This document shows positions 28,024 to 39,857 of a DNA stretch of 64,000 nucleotides, in pieces. The stretch covers positions 96,001 to 160,000 of the forward strand of contig CAVYNY010000032.1 of the NCBI GenBank assembly GCA_963769935.1, written 5' to 3'. The DNA comes from an uncultured delta proteobacterium. GTDB lineage: Bacteria; Desulfobacterota; Desulfobacteria; Desulfobacterales; JAFDCJ01. The notes beneath the pieces were generated by a model. It saw nothing but the letters and a program-made list of their open reading frames with translations. It did not search any database and was not told the DNA's origin. Every line of letters begins with the position of its first letter. Positions within the stretch are counted from its first letter, which is position 1. A program made the position numbers and the translations under genes.

Positions 28024-29802
28024 CTATTCAACGATTACCCCCAATGTTTTGCCGTTTTTTAGATTTACCAGACCTTCTTCGCAGATTCTCAGGTAAGGGA
28101 TTGCCGCTCCGGTTAAGGTAATTAAGGTCAGAATGGGGTCGGGGAAGGGTACCCCCAGCTGCGAGATCTCTTTTTTAATTTCCTGCAGTCTTGCGGCAAT
28201 GGTCTCGATCGGCAAATCCGACATGATTCCGAAAACCGGCAGGGGCAGCTCCGCCAGAATCTTTTGATTTTTACAAACAACCGCGCCGCCCTTAAGTTCG
28301 CGGATGCGGTTGACGGCCGCGGCCATGTCGCCATCATCGGCTCCGGCGACAACAATGTCCGAGGAATCCCAGCCGGCGCTGCAGGCCATGGCACCGGCTT
28401 TCAGGCCGAACCCCTTGATCAGGGCGACCGTCATTTGGCCGGGATTGTGGGTTCGGTCGAGGGCCGCGACCTTGATCACATCCTGGCCGATATCGGGCTT
28501 GAGCTCTCGTTCCGTTACGGGCCAGGGCAGCACCAATTCGGCGGTCACCAGATCGGTTACCATGTTGATGATCCGCACCTTGACCGTTGCGGTATCCTGA
28601 TCGGCGCGGATGACAAAGTCCGACGGCCTCATCATTCGCGGCAGCCTGACACTGTTCAGGCTTTCCCGGGTGAAGGTGTGGCGGCGCGGGGCGGCTGTAA
28701 GTTGGCCGTCCCGGGCGATTACTTTGCCGCTGCTGATGACCAGCCGGGCATCGATGGTTTTGATGTCCGGAATCATCACCATATCGGCAAACCGACCGGG
28801 TGCAATGCCTCCAATGAAGGCATCCAGGGAAAAGTGTTCGGCCACATTCAGGGTTGCCATTTGCACGGCGGCTATGGGGTCGAAACCGTAGTCGATCGCT
28901 TTCCGGAGCACAAACTCCATGTAGCCTTTTTCAATAAGGTCGCCCGGCGCCACCCCGTCGGTGGCAAGAATCAGGCGCCGCAAATCGATGCCGCGATCTT
29001 TTATGCTGGCAATTTCCGCCAGGTCCCGCCGAATGCTGCCTTCGCGAACCAGGATGTGCAGCCCCAGACGCAACCGCTCCAGGACCTGCGCGGCATTGAT
29101 CGGTTCATGGCAGGAGGTAATCCCGCCGGCCACATAGGCGGCCAGTTTTTTATCGCCGGCGCCGGCCGAGTGCCCCTCCAGGGTTTTGCCGGCCAGCAGG
29201 GTTTGTTCGTACTGCGGCAATATATCGGCGGGATACTGCAGGATCGACTGCCAGTAGCTTTCTCCCAGCCCGATGATATCGTCTCTTGCCAGCAGCAGCG
29301 CCAGGTCCTGCTGCGGGATGCCGCGGACGGCGCTGCTGATGGACACCATGGCCGGGGCGGTCGCCAGAATTTTAATGGGCTGATCCTGCAGCGACGCCAG
29401 AAAGTCGACCACGCCGGCATAACCGCAAACAGGGTAGGGCTCCAGGGTTTCCGTGACAACCGTCGTGGTGCCGCCGGCCGCCGCATATTTTAAAAATTCG
29501 GCTGCGGTAAACATCTGGGCAATATGGGTATGGCCGTCGATCAGGCCGGGAATAAGGGTCCGGCCGGCGGCATCGATGACTTCCGTATCGGGACCGACGG
29601 CGTCACCGGCGTTTTTACCCACGTAGGCAATCCATTTGCCCTTGACGGTGATTGCCCGATCCTCCAGCAGCTCCCCCGTGTAAACATTGACAAGTTTGGC
29701 GTTTATGATTGCCAGATCGGCCTGCTCTTCTCCTAAGGCTACTCTTATCAATTGCTGAATTTCTTCCGCCGTTTTGGGTTTCAGAGTTCCGGTCTTCGCC
29801 AT
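28024..29802 (-). CDS. ade: Adenine deaminase (amidohydrolase family)
   Basis: PGLIDGHTH, SCHEP, VREGS, LATDG, MATLNVAEHF, GFGLKAGAMA, LPLPVFGIMS. Confidence 0.85.
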   Translation of the reverse strand: MAKTGTLKPKTAEEIQQLIRVALGEEQADLAIINAKLVNVYTGELLEDRAITVKGKWIAYVGKNAGDAVGPDTEVIDAAGRTLIPGLIDGHTHIAQMFTAAEFLKYAAAGGTTTVVTETLEPYPVCGYAGVVDFLASLQDQPIKILATAPAMVSISSAVRGIPQQDLALLLARDDIIGLGESYWQSILQYPADILPQYEQTLLAGKTLEGHSAGAGDKKLAAYVAGGITSCHEPINAAQVLERLRLGLHILVREGSIRRDLAEIASIKDRGIDLRRLILATDGVAPGDLIEKGYMEFVLRKAIDYGFDPIAAVQMATLNVAEHFSLDAFIGGIAPGRFADMVMIPDIKTIDARLVISSGKVIARDGQLTAAPRRHTFTRESLNSVRLPRMMRPSDFVIRADQDTATVKVRIINMVTDLVTAELVLPWPVTERELKPDIGQDVIKVAALDRTHNPGQMTVALIKGFGLKAGAMACSAGWDSSDIVVAGADDGDMAAAVNRIRELKGGAVVCKNQKILAELPLPVFGIMSDLPIETIAARLQEIKKEISQLGVPFPDPILTLITLTGAAIPYLRICEEGLVNLKNGKTLGVIVE

Positions 29803-29872
29803 TTTGGTGGTATTTCCCTTCTGTAATTATTCGAAGATAAATGAATGGATTCGATTTTATAAAAAGAAATAT

Positions 29873-29966
29873 TAGACAGGATTTACAGGATGGACTTGAT
29901 TTTTTCACGGTTTCCTGATGAAACCGTGGAAACATAAATCCCTAAAATCCTGCTAATCCTGTCTAA
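29873..29966. repeat. Inverted ACAGGAT/ATCCTGT intergenic element
   Basis: tagacaggatttacaggat ... aatcctgctaatcctgtcta. Confidence 0.65.
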
Positions 29967-30068
29967 TTCTAAAATATAAAAAAAGAATCCATTCCTTTCA
30001 ATTTCGTTCTATGTACGATGAACTATCAACTATCAACTCAATAAACTCTATAAACTCAACAAACTCTA

Positions 30069-31271
30069 TCAACATATAAACACTTCAACCGGTACTTTGC
30101 TGATCAACCGCGAGCCAGCCTCAGTAACCACAAAAACACTCTCCACCCCGGCCGTAAATTCGTTTTTATGCACAAACTTGGGCTCCAGGGCCAAGGTCAT
30201 GCCGGGTTCCAATTGATCTTTGCGGTTGCGGGCGATGATGTAGGGTTCGATGATTTCCAGTCCGATGCCGTGGCCGATAAAGGACACCTTGTGCCCCGGC
30301 GCCCCCAGGTAGGCATCCGCCAAGCCGAGCTTTTCAGCCAGCCGGACCGAGTGGTCGAACAATTCCGCCAGGGCTGCGCCCGGTTTGGCCTTTTCAAGAA
30401 TCCGGTCGTGGATCTCGATGGCGGCCCGGCAGGTCTGCATGGCCTTGGCGGGCATGGAGCCAATGGCAAACATGCGGGTTTCATCCAGATGATATCCGTT
30501 TAGGACGGATGCCAGATCCACCATGATCGGCTCGCCGGCACAAAGTTTCTTGTGGCCGGCCCCGGCGGGAAATGCAGCCGATGTGCCCTGGCCGCTGGCC
30601 GGTGAATCCAGCACACCCGGCAGGCTGCCGCTTTGGCCGCTGAGAATATGCCAGGGATAGCCCTCGGTCTGATAGTGCCGCACCCGGATGCGGGCGGCAT
30701 GCCCCAGTTTGCGGGCATAGGTTTCAAACATGCCGGCAAATTCCATTTCCGTCAGTCCCGGCCGGAGGATGTCACGCATGTAGGCATAGGTCTTGCGGGT
30801 CATCTCGGCCGTGCTTTCCATTTGTGCGATTTCCCAGGCGGATTTTATCCTTCTTACCTTTAAAATATGGGGTGAGGCGTCCACGCATTTTTCAGCGTTG
30901 AACAGGCTTTGGTAAAAGTGGAAATCGTTGACCGGCACGACATCCAGTTCGAAGCCCAACACCGCCGGCCGGCGCCCGCAGTGGTCCGCGATCAGCCCCG
31001 GGATTTCTGTGATGGATCCTATTTTGAGGATTTCGGCAATCGAAGATTCGGCTTTAGCCCTGGGAAGATACTGCTTGATGAACAACAGCGGTTCGCCATC
31101 CGCCGGTATATACATGAATCCGTTCTGGGCCGTGCCTGAAAAATAGAACAGGTCGACCCGTTGGACGATGAAGAGCCCTTCGATGTCGTTCTGCCGGAGC
31201 TCCTGCTGGATGCTGAGCGAGCGGACCTTGATTTCAGCTGCCGGGACTTTGAATTGATGGGTGATATCCAT
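30069..31271 (-). CDS. Xaa-Pro peptidase family (M24) protein
   Basis: RRIKSAWEI, VDLASVLNGYHLDETR, GHGIGLE, ALEPK, GVESVFVVT. Confidence 0.88.
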   Translation of the reverse strand: MDITHQFKVPAAEIKVRSLSIQQELRQNDIEGLFIVQRVDLFYFSGTAQNGFMYIPADGEPLLFIKQYLPRAKAESSIAEILKIGSITEIPGLIADHCGRRPAVLGFELDVVPVNDFHFYQSLFNAEKCVDASPHILKVRRIKSAWEIAQMESTAEMTRKTYAYMRDILRPGLTEMEFAGMFETYARKLGHAARIRVRHYQTEGYPWHILSGQSGSLPGVLDSPASGQGTSAAFPAGAGHKKLCAGEPIMVDLASVLNGYHLDETRMFAIGSMPAKAMQTCRAAIEIHDRILEKAKPGAALAELFDHSVRLAEKLGLADAYLGAPGHKVSFIGHGIGLEIIEPYIIARNRKDQLEPGMTLALEPKFVHKNEFTAGVESVFVVTEAGSRLISKVPVEVFIC

Positions 31272-31939
31272 GTTTGATCAAAAGATACGTTAAAACTAGT
31301 TAACCGCGAATTGACAGGAATGAACACGAATTATTGCGATAAATAAAAGCAGGGGTACTTATTAGAAAAAATTATATTCTTGAAAATTCGTGTTGATTCG
31401 TGGCTTCTTTCAAACATCTAAGTTGCTGCAGAAATTTTTTACATTCAGATTTTAAAATGTTTTAACACTATCGGGAGAAAATTGAAAAGGAAAAAAGGAA
31501 GTTGCTATCCTATAAATTAACGATTATTTTAGTACAATGCGGCAAAATGAACCTGGCGGTTGCATAAATTACGCTGAATGTATTCATAAAACTACCGGGC
31601 GGGGATTTAGGCAGAACGCTGTGTATATATGTGCAAGGTTTTATGTCCTCTTGTATAGATTAATGCCGCTTGATATGGGTCGATAGTATGGAGCCGAGTA
31701 TTGCGTTTTCTCTTTCACATAGACCTTTTTGATCTATTTCCCTTGAATCTCTTCTGATGAGTAAAGCTGCTTTCCGCACTCAGCTCCATCTTCGTCTTAG
31801 TTGGTGATAAACCCGATCAGCGCTCAAATAAGCGCCGCTTGTATAGAACAGCCCGCCGGGACGGCCGGACAAAAGCCGGTACGGTCTCCGACTGTACATT
31901 CCGTCATATTCGGTCGACCCGCCGGGGGAGGGCTCCACC

Positions 31940-33972
31940 ATGACAATTGACTTGGAGAAAAGAGAATATAAACGCTTTGAATATTTGATGCCGATCGAGT
32001 TGGCAGGCCAAACCTTGCAGGAATATCATCGGGCCCAAATGGTCAACTACAGTGAGGGCGGGATGTGTTTGGAGTCGGATGTTGCATTTCAACCCCGGGA
32101 ATTTGTCAGTATTCATGTAAATAAAAATTCATCTGAAATGCCGTTTCTCGAACCGCTCAATAATTTCAAGGCCGTCGTTAGATTTTGCCGTAAAACAGCT
32201 GATGGGGATGACGGTTTGTATTGCGTCGGCGTTCAATTTTCACGGCCGGTGGCGGTGCTGCGTGGTCTCAAGCGGCCGGGAAAAAACGATGCGCTGCGTC
32301 GACAAGCGGAAAAATTCCTGGATAGGCGGCCGCAAGCCATCCAGGAGGTGCCGGCCGAAGATATTCATCTGCTGATTCATGAACTGCATGTCCATCAAAT
32401 CGAACTGGAGATGCAAAATGACGAGCTTCGCCGGGCCCAGCTTGAAATCGCGGTCGCACGCGACCGGTATTCCTTCCTGTATGACTTCGCGCCGATCGGC
32501 TATTTTACGTTCAATCAATACGGACAAATCCTGCAGGTCAACCTGACCGGTGCAACATCACTGGGAGTGGAAAGGGCCAATCTGGTCAATAGACCCTTTT
32601 CGCGCTACTTATCCAAGCAGGATCAGGATGTGTTTCGTTCACATCGCCTGGAGACTTTTCGAACCCGGACCCCTCAAGCCTGCGAGATCCAGCTTAAAAG
32701 AAGGAACGGCACGGATTTTTATGCGCGCTTGGACAGCATCGCCGTGCAGGATGCCGACGGCAAATTCAACCGGCTTCTGACGGCCGTCACCGATATCGAT
32801 GCCAACAAGCGAGCAGCCCAGGAGAAGGAAAAACTGGAATATCAGCTGCAGCAGGCCCAGAAAATGAAGGCTATCGGTACGCTGGCGGGCGGCATCGCAC
32901 ATAATTTCAATAACTTGTTGATGGGAATCGAGGGGCGCACATCATTGATGTTGATTGACCTGGATGCCGGCCACCCCCACTACGAACATTTGCAGGCAAT
33001 CGAAAAAATAATCCGGAGCGCCACGAAGCTTACCAGAGAGCTGCTGGGGTTTGCCCGGGGCGGAAGGTACGAGATTCGGGCCATGGATTTGAACCTGCTG
33101 CTAAAGAGCACGTCCGAAGCATTTGTTTTAACCCGCAAAGATATAGAGATCCGGACGGAGTTTCAGGAACAAATCTGGACGGTCGAAGTGGATTGCGGGC
33201 AAATCGAGCAGGTCCTGTTGAATCTCTATGTTAATGCGATGCAGGCCATGCCGGCCGGCGGGACGCTATTTTTGCAAACCGAAAACATTGTCTTGGAGCA
33301 TCCGGCAGATGGACCGCTCGACTTGCCGGCCGGTCGATATGTCGGGATATCCGTCGCCGATACCGGGGTGGGCATGGATGAGACAACCCGGCAGCAGGTA
33401 TTCGAACCGTTTTTTACGACCAAAGCGATGCGGAAGGGCGCCGGATTAGGACTGGCTTTTGTCTACGGCGTCATCCGCAATCACAGTGGGTCCGTTACCG
33501 TGCACAGCAGGAAAAATGAGGGGACGACCTTTCAATTTTACCTTCCGGCTTCGACTAAGGAAGCATCGGCCGCTGAAAAAAAACAACCAGTGCAATTTTG
33601 GTGGGAACCGAAACAGTGCTCCTGGTGGATGATGAAGACCTCATCCTGCAGGTAGGCGCGGCGATGCTGCGCAAGCTCGGGTACGAGGTCCTTACGGCGC
33701 AAAGCGGCCGGGATGCTTTAGCGATGTACGGGGAATACCACGCGCGCATCGCCGCGGTAGTCCTCGATCTGATCATGCCCGTTATGCGCGGCGGTGAAAC
33801 CTACGACCGGCTGCGGGAGGTAAATTCGCAAATCAAAGTGCTGCTCAGCAGCGGGTACGATATCGATGGAGAAGCCGCCGACATTCTTAAACGCGGCTGC
33901 GGCGGCTTCATCCAGAAGCCGTTTAATCTGGAGGACCTGTCAAAAAAGCTGCGTCAGGTTCTGGACAATTGA
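31940..33972 (+). CDS. PilZ-PAS hybrid histidine kinase with receiver domain, split by a frameshift at the A8 tract 33576-33583
   Basis: PilZ-like REYKR...NYSEGG; PAS; IGTLAGGIAHNFNN H-box; NAMQAM, DTGVGM, FEPFFTTK, GLGL. One extra A joins the kinase to TTSAILVGTETVLLVDDE (receiver ORF 33598-33972). Confidence 0.82.
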
Positions 33973-33974
33973 TT

Positions 33975-34235
33975 CGGTTTGCCGGTCAGCCCGTTGGCCC
34001 GTTTGCCGGTTGGTCGGGTTGCCGGAAAATGATTTGCCGGTTGTATGATCTCCGAATTTCTGGCATGCTGATTGACCGAAACAGACCATCACGTCAACTA
34101 TCACAGGCAATCGCGTCAAAGAGCCACGCGCCAAGGAACTGAAGGGCTAACGAGTCATCAGACTAACGGGGCAACGAGCCAACAGGCCAACGGGCACACG
34201 GGTCAACGGGCACACCGGCCAACCGGCCAACCCTC
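33975..34235. repeat. Inverted 8-mer tandem element (TTGCCGGT / AACCGGCC-type)
   Basis: ggtttgccggtcagcccgttggcccgtttgccggttgg ... aacgggcacacgggtcaacgggcacaccggccaaccggccaac; same family at 61177-61385. Confidence 0.65.
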
Positions 34236-34247
34236 AAGGAGCCGTCC

Positions 34248-37176
34248 ATGGAAAAAGAAAGAAAAAGATCAAAAAAACAAAAAAGCGACACCTCCAATAA
34301 TAATTTTCCGATTGTGGGCATCGGGGCTTCGGCGGGCGGGCTGGAAGCGCTCGGAGGGCTTTTTTCGCATGTGCCGGCCGACAGCAACTCTGCCTTTATC
34401 ATCATCCAGCATTTAGATCCCAAGCATAAGAGTTTCATGGTCTCACTGATGGCAAAATATTCGAGTATGAAAGTCCTGCAAATAAATGACGGGATGAAAA
34501 TCGAGAAAAATAGCATTTACCTGAACCCACCCAACCGCCATGTGGGGATCTTGGGTCGCACGCTGTATCTGATCGAACCCGAAAGGCCCGGTGAAATCCG
34601 GCTGCCGATCGATTATTTTTTTCGTTCTTTGTCGGAGGACGTGGGCGAGAGAGTCCATCTGCATTGTCCTGTCGGGCACTGGTACGGACGGCACGTTGGG
34701 CTTGAAGGCAGTCAAAGCCGTCGGGGGGATGGCCATGGTTCAGGAACAAGCCCAGGCGGCCTATTCGGGTATGCCGGGCAGCGCCATCGAAACCGGGCTG
34801 GTCGACTTTATCTGTCCGGTGGAGAAGATGGGAACCAACCTGTTGAATTATTTGCGGCATCCCTATGTGGCGGTTCAAAAAGAAGAACCGGCCAAACAAG
34901 ATTCTTTTGCGGTCTTTATCCGGAAGATACTTTTATTGATTCGAACTCAGAGCGGCAACGATTTTTCAAATTACAAACAAAATACCATCTGCCGCCGGAT
35001 CGAGCGGCGCATGGCGATCCACCAGATTGAGAAAATCAGCGACTATTTCCTCTACCTGCAGCAAAATCCGATCGAAGTGGATACGCTCCATAAGGAGCTG
35101 CTCATCGGTGTGACCAACTTTTTCAGAGATTCCGAAGCATTTGCTATAATTGGCGAGAAAGTGCTGCCGCGGATCCTGGCGCAGAAAGCACCCGATGAGC
35201 CGGTGCGCATATGGGTGCCCGGCTGCGCAACCGGTGAAGAAGCTTACTCCCTGGCCATGCTTGCCATCGAGTGCCTGGAAAAAGCCGCCATGCATCTGAA
35301 CGTCCAGATTTTTGCCACGGATATCGATGCTGAAGCCATCGAAGCAGCGCGCGCGGCAGTTTATCCGGACAACATCGTGGCGGATGTGTCGGCGCCGAGA
35401 TTGGAGCGTTTTTTCAAAAAGGAGGTCAAAACGTTTCGGATAAAAAAGCAGGTCCGCGATATGTTGATCTTTGCCATCCAAAACCTGATCAAAGACCCGC
35501 CCTTTTCCAAACTGGATCTGGTCAGCTGTCGGAATTTGCTGATCTATATGGGAGCAGAGCTGCAGAAAAAAATCCTGCCCCTGTTTCACTATACACTGAA
35601 TCCTCAAGGCTATCTGTTATTGGGCTCATCCGAGTCCATCGGCGGATTTGCGGATTTATTCAGCCCGGTGGACAGCAAGTGGAAAATCTTTCAGCGTGTA
35701 GATGCAGTTCTTGATATAAAACCTGAATTCTCCATTCCGCCGTTTCAGGAAGGCAGCGCCGATGCCGGGCACCCGGCTGGCGCTAAGCTCGCCTCGTCGG
35801 TCAGTCTGAGAGAAATGGCCGAAAAGACAATGCTGGAAGATTTTGCACCGGCCGGGGTCCTGGTCAACGATAAATTCGATATTCTTTTTTTTATGGGCCA
35901 AACCGACCGCTATCTGAAGCAGCCCACCGGCGAGCCGAGCTTTAATATCCTTAAACTGGCAAGCAAAGAGCTGCATTATAAGTTAAACAAGGCCCTTATC
36001 AACGCGGTTCACCAAAAAAAAACGAGTACGGCCCAGGGTATCCGAATCAAGGACGGCGACAATTTCAAGACCCTGGATATCATTGTCAGGCCGATTGTAT
36101 ACCCGGCTGTTCCGCAGGGTTTGATGCTGGTTGTATTCAAGGAGACTGCATTGGCCGGGCCGGCCGCGGCGGCGTCGAAGAAGAAATCCGCCGCCGCGGA
36201 CAGCGAGGCGCAGATCATTCAAGTGGAAGAGGAGCTCCGCTTTACCCGGGAAACTTTGCAGACCACGATCGAAGAGCTGGAGACTTCCAACGAAGAGCTC
36301 AAGTCCACCAACGAAGAACTGCAGTCCACCAACGAAGAACTGCAGTCCACCAATGAGGAGATGGAAACCTCCAAGGAAGAGCTGCATTCCACCAACGAAG
36401 AGCTGGTGACCGTCAATGCCGAACTGCAGAACAAAGTCAAGGAATTGGAAGCGGTTAATAACGATATCAGCAACTTGATGGCGAGCACCGAAATCCCCAC
36501 TTTATTTCTCGATAATCGCCTTGGTATTAAACGCTTCACACCTGCGGCTACCAAATTGTTTAATCTCATCGCATCCGATATCAACCGGCCCATCGGTGAT
36601 ATCACCACGAAATTCGTTTATGAGAACCTGCAATCCGACTGCAAAACGATATTCGAAAACCTGGTGCCGCAGGAAAAGGAAATTCAAAGCAAAGACGGCC
36701 GCTGGCTGATCATGCGTTTGGCGCCCTACCGCACAATTGAAAACCTCATCGACGGCGTGGTCATCACGTTTGTGGATATTACCCGGGAAAAGAAGGTTCA
36801 GCAATTAAACAATGCGCTGATATTCGCCGAGAATATCATCAACACGGTGCGGGAACCCCTCATTGTTCTCACTCAAGAGATGAAAGTCATATCCGCCAAT
36901 CGATCTTTCTATGATACCTTTCAGGTTGCCCGGGAGGAAACCGAACAAACAGTATTCTTCGAACTCGGCAATCAACAGTGGAATATACCGCGGCTCAAAA
37001 AACAGATAATGGAGACTTTGGATCAAAACAGAAGCTTCGAGGACTTTAAAGTGGATCACCATTTCCCGGGGATCGGACACCGGGTGATGCTGCTCAATGG
37101 ACGTCAGATCGTCTCCCGGGAGGAGGGTGATACGATCTTGATCCTTATTGCGATCGAGGACATTACCGATCGATAA
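34248..37176 (+). CDS. CheB methylesterase-CheR methyltransferase-PAS fusion protein, frameshift at ~34647-34653
   Basis: VGIGASAGGLEAL, QHLDP, LPIDYFFRSL then LSGTGTDG in the next frame; GVTNFFRD, WVPGCATGEEAYS, FATDID, SCRNLLIY; EELQSTN heptads; PAS. Confidence 0.88.
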
Positions 37177-37227
37177 TATGACGGATCAACAGCTGTACGA
37201 GGCGAGCAGGTTCCATGAGGAAATAAA

Positions 37228-38649
37228 ATGTCGGCTCACACGGAAAAGAAAATTTCGCGTCATCAATCCCATAAAGCCCAGAGAAAAGGCGGAGAACTTC
37301 GCCGGCGGGCCGAAGCGTATCTGGATGCGCATGTCGATTCAATTCAAAAATTGCCGTCCGAGGATATTAACAGCCTGATTCAGGAACTGCACGTTCATCA
37401 AATTGAACTGGAGATGCAAAATGACGAGCTGCGCCGCGCTCAGCTTGAAATCGAGACCTCACGCAACCGCTATTCCTACCTGTATGACTTTGCTCCCATT
37501 GCCTATTTTACCTTCAACCTCTACGGTCAGATCCTGGAAGTCAACCTGACCGGCGCCAAATTACTGGGAATCGAGCGAACCAGATTGATAAACACCCATT
37601 TTCCCCTTTATGTGGCCCGGGAACACCAGGAAGTTTTTCGGCTGCACCGCCTGGAGACTATCAGAACCGGGGCCCGGCAGGAATGCGAGATCAAACTTAA
37701 CCAGGGTAACGGAGTGCAGGTTTACACGCGATTGGAAAGTGCGGCCGTTGCGGATGCCGACGGAAAAATCAGCCAGATATTGACCACCCTGACGGATATT
37801 ACCGATCGTTGGCGCTTCGAAAAGGCTTTGCAAAAAGCGCATGACGAACTGGAAACCCTCGTTGAAGTGCGAACAGCCGAGCTTGCGAAATCCAATATGT
37901 CTCTGAGGCGGGAGATCGCCGAACGCCGGCGGCTTTCCTACCGGTTTCTCAACGCCCAGGAAAATGAGCGCCGGCGAATCGCATTAGAGCTTCACGATGA
38001 GTTGGGACAGGATCTTTCAGTATTAAAACTGCAGTTTGAGGCCTTGAAAAGACAATTGTTGCAGAGTAAAATCGTCCTGCAGGACCCCATCGAAACCATT
38101 TCGACGGTATTAGGCCAAACGATTGATAATGTTCGGCGGATATCGCATGAATTAATCCCATCGGTGTTGGTAGACCTGGGACTGGCTCCGGCCCTGCGCT
38201 GGCTGATCCAATTGTTGGCGGCACACTCCAAAATTGAGATATCGTCGAATATCCGTATTTCAGCAGGTCTTTTTCCCACCGAACAGCAGATCGTCATCTA
38301 TCGAATCTTTCAGGAAATTTTTAACAATATAAGAAAACACTCCCGGGCCACCCAAGTATCCATTGACGTCCGCAGAGAAGAAAACAAGGTTTTTTTTAAA
38401 GTTAAGGATAACGGGACCGGCTTTGACCTTGAACGGATAAAATCGATTTCTGCCACCGAAAAGGGACTGGGTCTGGAGGCCGTGGAAGAGCGCGTAAAGA
38501 TGCTGGACGGAAAATTTGAAATCTTCAGCAGCATGGGCAACGGCACAAGAATTGCGTTTGAGATACCCATCGCAAGCCCGCCATCACAGACGGCTTTGAA
38601 CGACGGGGGTGAAACCAATGAATCCATATCAGATTGTCCTGGCCGATGA
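37228..38649 (+). CDS. PAS sensor histidine kinase (NarX/UhpB-type HisKA_3)
   Basis: QENERRRIALELHDELGQ, YRIFQEIFNNIRKHS, DNGTGFD, GLGL. Confidence 0.9.
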   Translation: MSAHTEKKISRHQSHKAQRKGGELRRRAEAYLDAHVDSIQKLPSEDINSLIQELHVHQIELEMQNDELRRAQLEIETSRNRYSYLYDFAPIAYFTFNLYGQILEVNLTGAKLLGIERTRLINTHFPLYVAREHQEVFRLHRLETIRTGARQECEIKLNQGNGVQVYTRLESAAVADADGKISQILTTLTDITDRWRFEKALQKAHDELETLVEVRTAELAKSNMSLRREIAERRRLSYRFLNAQENERRRIALELHDELGQDLSVLKLQFEALKRQLLQSKIVLQDPIETISTVLGQTIDNVRRISHELIPSVLVDLGLAPALRWLIQLLAAHSKIEISSNIRISAGLFPTEQQIVIYRIFQEIFNNIRKHSRATQVSIDVRREENKVFFKVKDNGTGFDLERIKSISATEKGLGLEAVEERVKMLDGKFEIFSSMGNGTRIAFEIPIASPPSQTALNDGGETNESISDCPGR

Positions 38650-39274
38650 TCATCTCATGTTTCGCCACGGCATAAGAAGAATTATTGAAGACGCGCCGGG
38701 TCTGTCGGTTATCGGCGAAGCCGGCGACGGACTTCAGTTGCTTGAGCTGCTCAAAAAAACAAAACCGGATATGGTGATTCTTGATATATCCATGCCGAAT
38801 TTCAGAGGACTGGAAGCCGCCCATGAAATCAAGACCGGTTATCCGGATATCAAGATCCTGATTCTAACCATGCACCGCAATAATGAATATCTTCTGCAGG
38901 CAATGTCCGCCAAGGCTGACGGCTATCTGCTGAAAGAAGATACGGATACGCAATTGATGGCTGCTATTGAATCCATCCGGGGCGGGAAAATATTCCTGTC
39001 GCCCCTGATGTCTGATGATTTGTCGCAAAATCTCCCGGACTTTATTGAAAATACCGGCCGGTCTCTTGATAAGACCCTGAGCACCAGGGAAAAAGAAGTT
39101 CTGACCCTGCTGGCCGAAGGCAAATCCAGCCAGGAAATTGCCGATCTTCTATACATAAGCATGCGTACGGTCGAACATCACCGCGCCAGCATAAATAAAA
39201 AACTGAAAATCAAGAACATCGTTGATCTCGTAAAATACGCCATTCGCAAAGGATACACCTCGCAAAATATCTAA
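38618..39274 (+). CDS. NarL/FixJ family DNA-binding response regulator
   Basis: IVLADDH, LDISMP, GYLLK, LSTREKEVLTLLAEGKSSQEIADLLYISMRTVEHH. Confidence 0.92.
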   Translation: MNPYQIVLADDHLMFRHGIRRIIEDAPGLSVIGEAGDGLQLLELLKKTKPDMVILDISMPNFRGLEAAHEIKTGYPDIKILILTMHRNNEYLLQAMSAKADGYLLKEDTDTQLMAAIESIRGGKIFLSPLMSDDLSQNLPDFIENTGRSLDKTLSTREKEVLTLLAEGKSSQEIADLLYISMRTVEHHRASINKKLKIKNIVDLVKYAIRKGYTSQNI

Positions 39275-39517
39275 TCTCCGCAACTTGGGGAAAACCATTC
39301 CCACCAGACATTAACTTCAACCTAAAAATAACCATAGGTACTATTGCCTATATGCAATTGGGCAATATCCACCATTGTCACTGAATAAAATCTGGATTAA
39401 TTTACCACAGGCAAAATTCCATCTCTCAGTTGCCGCAAACCAATTCTTCCATCATTCATTTTTATATCTATTTTTTGTTTAGGTCGTATTGATTCGGAAA
39501 AATAAGCAGGGCAGCGT

Positions 39518-39766
39518 TTGGACCAGATTATAAATATAATCGTCGGACGATTAGAGGAAAAAGGCATAGACCTTGACAGAATTCCATCCTGCATCGAAAC
39601 GATAGTTGATATCATGTTTCTCTATCCTTTGTTAAGTTGCCGGGAATTAAATGAAAAAATGCAATCGATAGGCTGGCACAATTTTGAATTTGATAACCAT
39701 ACTTTCAAACTGGTCAAGCTGATTTGTAGCCAAATTGAAAAAACACCGGGCCTTCAATACCCCTGA
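39518..39766 (+). CDS. Hypothetical protein (82 aa)
   Basis: Open frame in an AT-rich region with TTG start; no motif recognised. Confidence 0.45.
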   Translation: MDQIINIIVGRLEEKGIDLDRIPSCIETIVDIMFLYPLLSCRELNEKMQSIGWHNFEFDNHTFKLVKLICSQIEKTPGLQYP

Positions 39767-39857
39767 TTTCACAAACAGGCAGGTCGGCGCAGGCGCTCGA
39801 TACCGCAAAGAAGTGAATTCCCATTTAAATATGAGGCTGCGTATTAAGGATTTCAAA

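Noticed and set aside
28264..29493. 409 aa plus-strand ORF
   Set aside because: Antisense to adenine deaminase
34072..34416. 114 aa ORF with Q/T/G repeats
   Set aside because: Translation of the 8-mer intergenic repeat element running into the CheB gene out of frame
36285..36410. 21 bp tandem repeats (CRISPR- or VNTR-like)
   Set aside because: They encode the standard EELQSTN heptads of CheB/CheR fusions; no spacers
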